Source of the DNA: Polyangiaceae bacterium
GTDB lineage: Bacteria > Myxococcota_A > Polyangia > Polyangiales > Polyangiaceae
Assembly: GCA_044222475.1 (NCBI GenBank)
Contig: JBGANF010000169.1
Location: 1-15,182 of the forward strand
Direction: 5' to 3'
DNA length: 15,182 nt
The number at the start of each line of letters is the position of its first letter. Positions within the stretch are counted from its first letter, which is position 1. The notes beneath the pieces are model-generated. The model was given only the letters and a program-made list of their open reading frames with translations, searched no databases and had not been told where the DNA came from. This document shows, one piece after another, positions 1-7,513 of this stretch. The position numbers and the translations under genes are program-made.

Positions 1-384
1 GGTGGCGGCGGCGGTGGAGGCAGCATCGCGCTCCTCTCGCTCGACAGCGCGATCAAGCTCGTGGCGAGCGAGCTCGTCGCGGGCGCCGCGGGTCGCGGTG
101 GAAACGGCGTCGCGGGTCAGACCGGTCAGACCGACTTCGGCGCCGGCGGTGCACCAGCGGCCGGAGGCTGCAACGGCGGGGCAGGGGGCAAGGCAGGCTC
201 CGGCGGAGCGGGAGCAGGCGGCGCCGGCGGAATCTCGGTCGGCGTGCTGCATCGCGGCGCCGCGCCGTCCCAAGATGGTACGACCATCACGCCGGGGACG
301 AAGGGCGCCAAGGGAACCGGCGGAGCACCAGGCACCAACGACGGCATCGAAGGAGTCGCGCAGTCCCTCTTCGAGGTGAAATGA
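1..384 (+). CDS. C-terminal fragment of a glycine-rich (PE_PGRS-like) protein, 5' end outside the window
   Basis: Frame 1 is open from base 1 (GGGGGGGSIALLSLDSAIKLVASELVAGAAGRGGNG...GGAGAGGAGGISVGVL...GTKGAKGTGG...) to TGA 382-384. GGxGGxG repeats alternate with short beta segments. The stop overlaps the next ATG (ATGA 381-384). Confidence 0.75.
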   Translation, partial: GGGGGGGSIALLSLDSAIKLVASELVAGAAGRGGNGVAGQTGQTDFGAGGAPAAGGCNGGAGGKAGSGGAGAGGAGGISVGVLHRGAAPSQDGTTITPGTKGAKGTGGAPGTNDGIEGVAQSLFEVK

Positions 385-1277
385 CGTTCGACGTGGTCAT
401 CGTAGGCGGTGGGCCCGCCGGTCTCCAGGCGGCGCAAACGCTCGGTCGCGGACGCAAGCGCGTGCTTCTGTGCGACTCGGGAGCGCGGCGCAACGCCGCC
501 GCCGAGCACATGCACAACTTCGTCACGCGCGACGGCACTCCTCCGGACGAGTTTCGAACGCTCGGTCGAAAGGATCTCGCCGCGTATCCCAGCGTCGACG
601 TGCGCGACGTGCGTGTCGAGTCGATCTCCGGTGAGCGCGGAGCGTTTCGCGTCCAGCTCGCGTCCGAGCTCGTGGAAGCGCGGCGGATTCTCCTGTGCAC
701 CGGCATGGTCGACGAGATGCTCCCCATCGCGGGCTTCCGCGAGCTGTGGGGTCACGGCATCTATCAATGCCCCTACTGCCATGGATGGGAGGCGCGCGAT
801 CGGCCGTGGGGATACCTCGCTCGCGAGGCGGAGGCCGGCCATCTCCTGCCGTTCTCGCTGATGATCCGCGGCTGGACGAGCAGCGTGACCGTGTTCACCA
901 ACGGTCCGTTCGAGATCCCTACCGATGCGCGAGCGAAGCTCGACAAGGCGGGAGTGCGCATCGAAGGCGCTCCGATCCGGCGCCTCGTGGATCGGAGAGG
1001 CCATCTCGACGGCATCGAGCTGGAGACCGGAACGACGGTGGCGTGCGACGCGCTCTTCGCGCATCCGCCCCAGCATCACGTGGAGATCGTGAAGGCGCTC
1101 GGGCTCGCGCTCGACGACCATGGCTTCGTGCGTGTGGACCCGATGATGCGAGAGACGTCGGTCCCCGGAATCTACGCCGCGGGAGATCTCACGACGCGCA
1201 TGCAAGCCGCGATTGCCGCAGCCGCGGGAGGAATGCAGGCCGCAGCGGCAATCAACGCCGAGCTCATGATGGTGTAG
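381..1277 (+). CDS. NAD(P)/FAD-dependent oxidoreductase, thioredoxin-reductase fold (CPYC dithiol/disulfide oxidoreductase)
   Basis: N-terminal FAD motif DVVIVGGGPAGLQAA, LLCTG, redox motif CPYCHGWE and C-terminal TSVPGIYAAGD. 298 aa; ATGA overlap with the upstream gene. Confidence 0.92.
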   Translation: MTFDVVIVGGGPAGLQAAQTLGRGRKRVLLCDSGARRNAAAEHMHNFVTRDGTPPDEFRTLGRKDLAAYPSVDVRDVRVESISGERGAFRVQLASELVEARRILLCTGMVDEMLPIAGFRELWGHGIYQCPYCHGWEARDRPWGYLAREAEAGHLLPFSLMIRGWTSSVTVFTNGPFEIPTDARAKLDKAGVRIEGAPIRRLVDRRGHLDGIELETGTTVACDALFAHPPQHHVEIVKALGLALDDHGFVRVDPMMRETSVPGIYAAGDLTTRMQAAIAAAAGGMQAAAAINAELMMV

Positions 1278-1956
1278 AGGGCTCCGGGTCCACGCACCTC
1301 GGGTCGTCGATCTTGGCGTCGTTCACCAGCGTGCTCACCGCGTGCGCTACCAGGTGCGGGTCGCGCGGCGTCAGGAGCGCCCACGCCTCGTCGGCGCTCC
1401 CGCGCATCCAGGACTCGAGCTCGGACTTCTCGATGACGACCGGCATTCGCCCGTGCAGCGTCGCGACGACGCCGCGCGCGGCGCACGTCACGATCGCGCA
1501 CGACTCGATGACCTCTCCGCTGCGCGAGCGCCATCGCTCCCAGAGACCCGCCAGCGCGAACGGCTTCCCGTCGGCGCGGCGCAGATGGAAGGGCTGCTTC
1601 TTCGGCGGATGCTTTCCGCCGCGCGGCCCAATCGTGGCCTTGCCGATGGGCTTCCACTCGTAGAAACCGTCGACGAGAACGACGCATCGCTGCTTCGCGA
1701 ACGCATGGCGGAAGATGGGGTTCGTCCGCACCGTCTCGGCGCGCGCGTTCACGTGGGGCGGGCCTCGTCCCGGCTCGTCCGCGAACGAAGGCACGAGGCC
1801 CCATCGAAGGAGCTCGAGCACTCCGGGCGAGCGCACGACCGCGATCGGCTGCGTTGGCGCGACGTTGAACCGCGGCGGCATCGCCGGCATCACGTCGATG
1901 GCGAACGCCTCGCGGAGATCCTCCGGCGACGTCGTCAGCGTCGCGCGCCCGCACAT
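1264..1956 (-). CDS. SOS response-associated peptidase (SRAP; YedK/HMCES-like abasic-site protein)
   Basis: Starts MCGR (catalytic Cys2), then FNVAPTQ, LRWGLVP, NARAET, RC...DGFYEWK, FALAGLWE, H-x-RMPV and VSTLVN. 230 aa. Converges on and overlaps the oxidoreductase gene. Confidence 0.95.
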   Translation of the reverse strand: MCGRATLTTSPEDLREAFAIDVMPAMPPRFNVAPTQPIAVVRSPGVLELLRWGLVPSFADEPGRGPPHVNARAETVRTNPIFRHAFAKQRCVVLVDGFYEWKPIGKATIGPRGGKHPPKKQPFHLRRADGKPFALAGLWERWRSRSGEVIESCAIVTCAARGVVATLHGRMPVVIEKSELESWMRGSADEAWALLTPRDPHLVAHAVSTLVNDAKIDDPRCVDPEPSTPS

Positions 1957-1957
1957 G

Positions 1958-3412
1958 TCACTTCGCCGGCGCTGCCTGCGCGCCGCACTTGAGCTTGCAC
2001 TCCATCACCGCGTCGAACTTGCACGAGTTCGAACCGACGAGGAGCGACGTGGGTCCTTTGCAGCCGAAGTGGCAACCGTTCCCCTTGGTCTCCGCGGTGA
2101 CGACGTAGCCCTGCGTGCCGCACGGCTTCCCAGCGTCGCCGCACTTCTCGGCCTGGCTCCGGCAGGTCGCGACCGTGTAGTCGGCGGGGCACTGCCAGTC
2201 GCGATCGGTCGCGGCGTAGTCGGGCGAGCGGCCCGAGCCGGTGTCGATCGGCTCGGCGCGCACCTGCACCGTGCGCCCCGTCTGGATGTGCTCCACGAGC
2301 CGCACGCTCTGCTTCTTCGGCGTCGCCGGAGTCGACGCGTCCTTCGGCACGAAGACGAGGTCCTCTTCCTTCGACTGGGCGTCGCAGCCGCTCGCATCGC
2401 CGGTCGGGATCCAGGTCACCGGAAGGTCCGCGCTCTCGTGGGCGCCGATGTCGAGGGTGCGCTTGCCCAGCGTGGCGGTGATCGGGAACGCAGCGCGGTT
2501 CACGATGTGAACGAGCTTCATCGCCTCTTTGCCGTAGCCCACGTCGCCGAACTCGATCGGCATCGGGGTGACCTCCGGCTCGGGGAAGGCGAACTTGCAC
2601 ACGTCCGAGATCGGGTAGACGGAGTACGCGAGCGGGACCGGGTTCTTCACCTTGAACGTGAGCGGGTGCGACGCGGCGTCCTGTACTTTGTCGCTGAAGA
2701 TCGAGTCGAGGCCCTCGACCTCGAGCCCACCCACGCGCGTCTCGGTGATGGCGGCGCCCTTCGCCGAGAGCTTGGCCTTCACGAACTCGAGCGCCTTCGC
2801 GTGGACCTCGCCCTCGCGCACGGTCGTCTCGTAGGCGAGCATGCCGCCGAGCTTCACCGCGCCGACGAAGTGGGTCGCGTTGCGGCACGCGCACGAGTCG
2901 TTCTGGTACGCGACCTCCTCCGTGCCGTCGAAGAACTGAGGATCGAGGTCGCGCACGAACGCGACCGCCACCAGGCGAACGGTGTGCTGACCTGCGGCCG
3001 CACCCGCCGAGAACATCGGCGATACGTCGGCATCGGCCGACAGCAGCACGCTGTCGATCGAGACGCCGACGAAGCCGAAATCGACGGTGGCCGCGTCGAC
3101 CTTGTTCTGATCCGGCGGAGTCTTCGCGCAGGCGGTCGGAAGAGCGGTCCACATGCCGGTCTCGGCGTGGACGAGCCCGCGTCCGGGCGCGAAGCTGCTC
3201 GTTGCGTCGAGGAGGTACGAGTGCTCGACGTTGCTGAACGCGTTCGCCGCTGCGAGGAGACCCTTGGCTCGGCTGCACGCCTCGTTGCCGAGGTTGCCGC
3301 AGCCGTCCTTCGACACCTGATCGATCGGCGACTTCACCGCCGGCCCGCAGGCGAACGCGGCGAGCGCGATGACGCTCGCGATTCCCGCCGCCGCGATCCT
3401 ACGTGACATCAT
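1958..3412 (-). CDS. Lipoprotein with a putative MACPF/CDC-like domain, an ASH/Ig-like domain and a Cys-rich C-terminus
   Basis: Signal peptide with lipobox AFA-C22 and a GGAGG RBS inside the upstream gene. THF-x6-GG at aa180-190, RVGG at aa226-229, NPVPLAYSVYPISDV at aa257-271, P-x2-IEFGDV-x2-G...IVN at aa283-305, Cys-rich tail. The CDS is confident; the domain calls are by eye. Confidence 0.85.
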   Translation of the reverse strand: MMSRRIAAAGIASVIALAAFACGPAVKSPIDQVSKDGCGNLGNEACSRAKGLLAAANAFSNVEHSYLLDATSSFAPGRGLVHAETGMWTALPTACAKTPPDQNKVDAATVDFGFVGVSIDSVLLSADADVSPMFSAGAAAGQHTVRLVAVAFVRDLDPQFFDGTEEVAYQNDSCACRNATHFVGAVKLGGMLAYETTVREGEVHAKALEFVKAKLSAKGAAITETRVGGLEVEGLDSIFSDKVQDAASHPLTFKVKNPVPLAYSVYPISDVCKFAFPEPEVTPMPIEFGDVGYGKEAMKLVHIVNRAAFPITATLGKRTLDIGAHESADLPVTWIPTGDASGCDAQSKEEDLVFVPKDASTPATPKKQSVRLVEHIQTGRTVQVRAEPIDTGSGRSPDYAATDRDWQCPADYTVATCRSQAEKCGDAGKPCGTQGYVVTAETKGNGCHFGCKGPTSLLVGSNSCKFDAVMECKLKCGAQAAPAK

Positions 3413-3415
3413 GGT

Positions 3416-5983
3416 TCACTTCCTCCAGTCGATGAGGGCACGTCGGAGTCGCTGGTCGGACGGGTCCGGGCCATCGTCCCCGAAGTAGAGAGTCGTCCCA
3501 AGGAGGGACATCGCGACGTCGAGCGTCGGCGGGCCGTCGAGGCACAACAGCGGCATCTGCTCCTTCGTGCCGAGCGCGTCGAGGCACACCTCGTCGGTGG
3601 TGCTGCGCGCAGCGACCGCGTGGAGCACGCCGGACGACGCGTCGAGCGAGAGCGCGGTGAACGTCCCCTCGCGCGCGGGTCGCAGCTTCGCCGGGTCGTT
3701 CGCGGGCTTCCCCGCCTGGTCCAACGAGACGACCATGGCGCCCCGCGCGTCGGCCGTCGCCATCCCGGCGGGCGCTTCCTCGATCCAGCCGAGGACCGCA
3801 CCGCCCTCGGCCTTCGCGAGCACGGGCGAGCGCGAGTGCGCGGCGGTCGACAGCACCCGCGTCTCTTGTCCGGGCCTCTTCGCGGTCTTGGCCGAGAGGA
3901 TCGCGGTGTAGACGTCGGCGAAGCCGTCCTTGGGGCTCTCGCGAGGGTCGGCCCAGGCGATCAAGATCGCGTCGCCGCCCAGCGGGAGCAGCGTGGTGTC
4001 GGTCGCGTCGCCGTTGGCGTTCGTGATCCGCTCTTCGCGGGTCTGCTTTTGGAGCTGGGCGTCGACGCGGGCGGCGTAGACCTCGCCGTTGCCGTCGCGC
4101 CCGTCGACCCAGGCGACGAAGTAGCCGCCGTCGATCGTCGTGATCGAGACGTCGCTCGCGTCACCCTTGGTCGTCGTGAGCTGGACGTCGTTCAGCTTCT
4201 TCCCCTTCTTGTCGACCCGGGTCAGGTGGACCTCGGGGTCGCCGTTCTCCCGCGCGACCCACGCGATGACGGCGCCGTCGGCCTCGTTCTTGGCCGGCGT
4301 GATCGCGACGCCGCCCATCGCTAGCGCCTTCGTCGATAGTACCACTTTGGTACCATCGCTCGGGCGCACGGCGAGCGTCGAGCCGGAGACGCCCTTGCCG
4401 TCGTCGGCTGCGGAGGTCACGGTGGCGACCAGGTCGATCGATCCGACGTGCGCGACCGCGACGTCGGAGACGGACGTGGGGCTCTCGATGGTGGTCACGC
4501 CGGTGAGCCGAGGCGCGTCCTCCGGAGGTGGCGGAAGCCACAGCGCGCGGTGGGCGCCAGGTCGCACCGCGAGGTTCACGCCGTACACGTTCGTCGGCGA
4601 CGTGCCGGCGGCGGCGAGGGCGAGGCACGCGTCGCCGGCGCAGTCGAGGTTCCACGCGAGGCTCGGCCGCTCGGGGCCGAGCATGCCGTCGACCTGGGTC
4701 GGCGTGAGTGTCGCGTCGAAGCGAACGAAGAGGGGCGCGTTCGCGGCGGCGAGGCACGCGTCACGCGCCTGCTCGGGCAGGCACGGGTGACCCATGCCGA
4801 GCAACGCGAAGCCAGCGCCAGCGCCGTGGAGCTCGAACGTGGTCCCGCCGGCGAGCTCGAGGGTGGTCTCCTTCTGTGCCTTGAAGGTACCGTCGAGCAT
4901 GGTGAAGTGTGCCCGCTTCGACGAGCGGTCGCGCTTCTTGGGTTCCTCCCACGCGACCAGGAGCGCACCGTCGTTCGCGGCGATCGCGGCGAACGAAGCG
5001 CCGCCGCGATCGGGCGCGACGTTGAACGGCGCGACCACCTTGCCTTGCGCGTCGATGCCGGCGACGACGACCGAGGGCTCCATGCCGCCGTCGGTCCAGG
5101 CGAACGCGACCGCATCGCCGATGCGTACGGCGTCGAAGTCGGCGAACGCACCGGCGCTCGGTCGCGTGGCGACGAGCGCGGCCTCGCCGATCGCGCGTCC
5201 ACCGTCGTCGAGGGTGGTCCAATGAAGCGCGGCGGTCGGCGCTGCCTTCGGGGCCGAGGCTGCGGCCGCGTTCGGGCGAACGAGTGCGAGGCCGACGCCG
5301 GTCTTCGTCGCGACTGCTTGCCACGCGGTGACGCCGCGAGCGACGCGCGCGGGCACTCCGCGCGCGCGCCCCTTCTCGTCGATGGCGAGCGCGAGGACGT
5401 CGGCGAGGTTCCCGGTCGTCTCTTCGGCCCACACCGCGACCGCGCCCTTGGGCGTCGCGACGACGTCCATCCACACGATGTCGTCGACCGATCGCGTGAG
5501 CTCGGCCGGGGTGCCCATCGGCGCGCCGGCATCGTCGACGACGACTCCGTAGAGCGCCTCGCCGCGATCGGTCAGGCTCGTCCAGAGGAGCATCGTTCCC
5601 GCGCCTACCCGCTTCGTGACGAGCGCCGTCGTCTCGGCGGCGGCTTGCCCGATGATCTTCGGCTCGGACTTGGCTTTGCCCGTGAGGTCCATCGGCACGA
5701 CGACGATCGGCCGCGGGCCTTTCTCTTTCTCGGGCGTCTCGATGTAGACGGCGAGCGCGCCGTTCGCGCCACGGCTGGCCATCGGTCCAATGGCTTTGCT
5801 CTCGAGCTTCGCGATGGCGGAGAGGAACGAGTCCTTCTTCTCGACTCCGGCGTCGCGCGGGACCGAGACGCCGACGGGCGTGTTGCTCGGCGAAAGCGCG
5901 GGGCCGTACTTGTTTCCGCACGCGAGCGCGAGCGCGAGCGCGGGTGCCAGCACCAGAGACCCTGCGGCGAGTCGAGCTCTCAC
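3416..5983 (-). CDS. Large (about 855 aa) lipoprotein with repeated beta-strand units, likely beta-propeller(s)
   Basis: Likely true start is GTG at 5983, preceded by GGAGGGGG and overlapping the upstream stop as GTGA. This gives MRARLAAGSLVLAPALALALA-C (lipobox). Repeated hydrophobic-W units: LLWT, AVWAE, FAWTD, VAWEE, IAWVA, VAWVDGRDGNGEVY, IAWADPRE, LGWIE. Confidence 0.85.
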   Translation of the reverse strand: MRARLAAGSLVLAPALALALACGNKYGPALSPSNTPVGVSVPRDAGVEKKDSFLSAIAKLESKAIGPMASRGANGALAVYIETPEKEKGPRPIVVVPMDLTGKAKSEPKIIGQAAAETTALVTKRVGAGTMLLWTSLTDRGEALYGVVVDDAGAPMGTPAELTRSVDDIVWMDVVATPKGAVAVWAEETTGNLADVLALAIDEKGRARGVPARVARGVTAWQAVATKTGVGLALVRPNAAAASAPKAAPTAALHWTTLDDGGRAIGEAALVATRPSAGAFADFDAVRIGDAVAFAWTDGGMEPSVVVAGIDAQGKVVAPFNVAPDRGGASFAAIAANDGALLVAWEEPKKRDRSSKRAHFTMLDGTFKAQKETTLELAGGTTFELHGAGAGFALLGMGHPCLPEQARDACLAAANAPLFVRFDATLTPTQVDGMLGPERPSLAWNLDCAGDACLALAAAGTSPTNVYGVNLAVRPGAHRALWLPPPPEDAPRLTGVTTIESPTSVSDVAVAHVGSIDLVATVTSAADDGKGVSGSTLAVRPSDGTKVVLSTKALAMGGVAITPAKNEADGAVIAWVARENGDPEVHLTRVDKKGKKLNDVQLTTTKGDASDVSITTIDGGYFVAWVDGRDGNGEVYAARVDAQLQKQTREERITNANGDATDTTLLPLGGDAILIAWADPRESPKDGFADVYTAILSAKTAKRPGQETRVLSTAAHSRSPVLAKAEGGAVLGWIEEAPAGMATADARGAMVVSLDQAGKPANDPAKLRPAREGTFTALSLDASSGVLHAVAARSTTDEVCLDALGTKEQMPLLCLDGPPTLDVAMSLLGTTLYFGDDGPDPSDQRLRRALIDWRK

Positions 5984-6381
5984 GGTCCCCCTCCGAAGCG
6001 CGACACTTCGATCGTCCCCGCGGCGAGCGGGTCGGCGAAGTAGCCCGTGCAACAACCCGTGCGTTGGACGATCCGCACGTCGCTCGTGTAGGAGCGGTTC
6101 TGGAGCACGACCTCGACGTGGCAGTTGCCATACGTGGTCGGCGTGACGCGGTAGCTCGTGCAGTTGCCGCCGCCGTCTCGCGCCGTGCACTGCGGCGTCA
6201 GGCCGACGCACGCGCGGTCGCTCAGGGTGACGCTCGTCACCGTCGGCGCGAGGTTTGCCGGAATGGCAATCGTGAGGCCGGGCGTTGCACATTCGCACAC
6301 CGGCTCGCCGCTGCAGGCGATGCAGAGGCTCAACGACACGGTCGCCATCAGGGGCGCAACGCCGAGCAGGTACCGTCCCAT
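5980..6381 (-). CDS. Small Cys-rich beta-rich lipoprotein, hypothetical (about 133 aa)
   Basis: ATG 6381 gives MGRYLLGVAPLMATVSLSLCIA-C-SGEP, a lipobox-like signal. The stop overlaps the GTG of the next gene. The track start at 6414 would overlap the divergent gene's ATG. Confidence 0.7.
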   Translation of the reverse strand: MGRYLLGVAPLMATVSLSLCIACSGEPVCECATPGLTIAIPANLAPTVTSVTLSDRACVGLTPQCTARDGGGNCTSYRVTPTTYGNCHVEVVLQNRSYTSDVRIVQRTGCCTGYFADPLAAGTIEVSRFGGGP

Positions 6382-6395
6382 TCCCGGGGGAGGTG

Positions 6396-6404
6396 TACCA
6401 TAAT
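6396..6404. promoter_or_regulatory. Candidate overlapping bidirectional -10 elements in a 31-bp divergent intergenic region
   Basis: TACCATAAT reads as TACCAT (6396-6401) or CATAAT (6399-6404) on the plus strand and TATGGT (6402-6397) on the minus strand. It is the only AT-rich patch between ATG 6381(-) and ATG 6413(+). Confidence 0.5.
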
Positions 6405-6412
6405 CCCTCGTC

Positions 6413-7513
6413 ATGACACCCGCGCAGGAGCTCGAGCACCTCCTCCGTCCAGCCGGCGGCGGCGTGTACGTCGTATCGACCGGGCGGGAGGCTCAGCTGG
6501 CGATGCAACGGAAGCTCTACGGCGCGAGCTCCGAAGAGGAGGTAGCGCTCCGTTTCCGCGAGCAGCTCGGTCGGATCGCGCAGGCCAAGGTCGTCATGTT
6601 GGCGGTCCCCTCCGACGTGGGAGCGGGCTACGTCCGCGGGGCGAACCTCGGTCCGCAGGCGATTCGTGCCGCGCTCCTCGAGGAGGTCCCGGACTTTCCG
6701 GACGTCGCGAAGACGCTCGGCCTGGTCGACCTAGGGGACGTGTTCGTCGTGCCGCAGCTCCTCCACGACGACATGATCGGCGAAGGCCAGCGGCGCGCGA
6801 CCGCGGCCGCGCTCTACCCGACGGTGGACGAAACCTCGCGAGCGACGCTTCCGGTGTCGCCCCTGTCCATCGCCGAGCGAGCGCTCGATCTCGTACTGAA
6901 GCTCAACCCGTCGGTGAAGATCGTGATGCTGGGAGGCGATCACTCGACCGCGTGGCCAGCGGTCGCCGCGCTCGCGCGCGCACGCGGTCCGAGCTTCGGC
7001 ATCGTCCAGATCGACGCCCACACCGATCTCCTCGAGACGCGGCTCGGTGTGAAGTACTGCTTCGCGACGTGGTCGTACCACGCGAACGATCTGCTCGGCC
7101 GAGGCGGCCGTCTCACGCAGGTGGGCATCCGAGCGACGCGTCACGAGCGCGGCCACTGGGAGAGCACGCTGGGGGTCCGGCAGTTCTGGGCCGACGAGTG
7201 TCTTCGCGACCCGGCGGCTGCGCTCGACGCGATCGTCGCGCACGTGAAGAGCACCGGGGTACGCGAGCTGTATTTCTCGAACGACATCGACGGCACCGAT
7301 GCGAAGTGGGCCGACGCGACCGGAACGCCCGAGCCGAACGGCTTGGAGCCGGATTTCGTCGTGGAGCTCATCCGCCGTTTGCGGGCGGAGTTCACGCTCC
7401 TCGGCGGTGACGTGATGGAGGTCGCGCCGCCGGTGCAGAGGACTCAGGACGGAGCGAAGCGGACGGTGGCTCTCGCGGTGCGGTATTTGCGCGAGACGCT
7501 GACCGCGCTCTAG
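6413..7513 (+). CDS. Arginase/agmatinase-family ureohydrolase
   Basis: Family motifs GANLGPQAIR, DLGD, MLGGDHS, DAHTD, QVGIR, SNDIDGTD, TGTPEPNGL and DVMEVAP. 366 aa. Substrate cannot be determined from the sequence. Confidence 0.93.
   Translation: MTPAQELEHLLRPAGGGVYVVSTGREAQLAMQRKLYGASSEEEVALRFREQLGRIAQAKVVMLAVPSDVGAGYVRGANLGPQAIRAALLEEVPDFPDVAKTLGLVDLGDVFVVPQLLHDDMIGEGQRRATAAALYPTVDETSRATLPVSPLSIAERALDLVLKLNPSVKIVMLGGDHSTAWPAVAALARARGPSFGIVQIDAHTDLLETRLGVKYCFATWSYHANDLLGRGGRLTQVGIRATRHERGHWESTLGVRQFWADECLRDPAAALDAIVAHVKSTGVRELYFSNDIDGTDAKWADATGTPEPNGLEPDFVVELIRRLRAEFTLLGGDVMEVAPPVQRTQDGAKRTVALAVRYLRETLTAL

Noticed and set aside
760..790. CPYCH in the oxidoreductase as a heme c attachment motif
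   Set aside because: It is the redox-active CxxC of a cytoplasmic TrxB-fold flavoprotein that has no export signal.
1957..2060. A dedicated SOS box or promoter for the SRAP gene
   Set aside because: I found no GTTCAG-type LexA site there, and the gene begins 1 nt after the upstream stop, consistent with operon read-through.
5984..6508. N-terminal 175 aa of the 1030-aa track ORF 3416..6508
   Set aside because: It overlaps the small lipoprotein gene and the ureohydrolase. A lipoprotein signal, RBS and GTGA coupling all point to GTG 5983 as the start.
6413..7513. Assigning speB or rocF to the ureohydrolase
   Set aside because: The metal-binding motifs are shared across the family, so substrate specificity cannot be read from the sequence.
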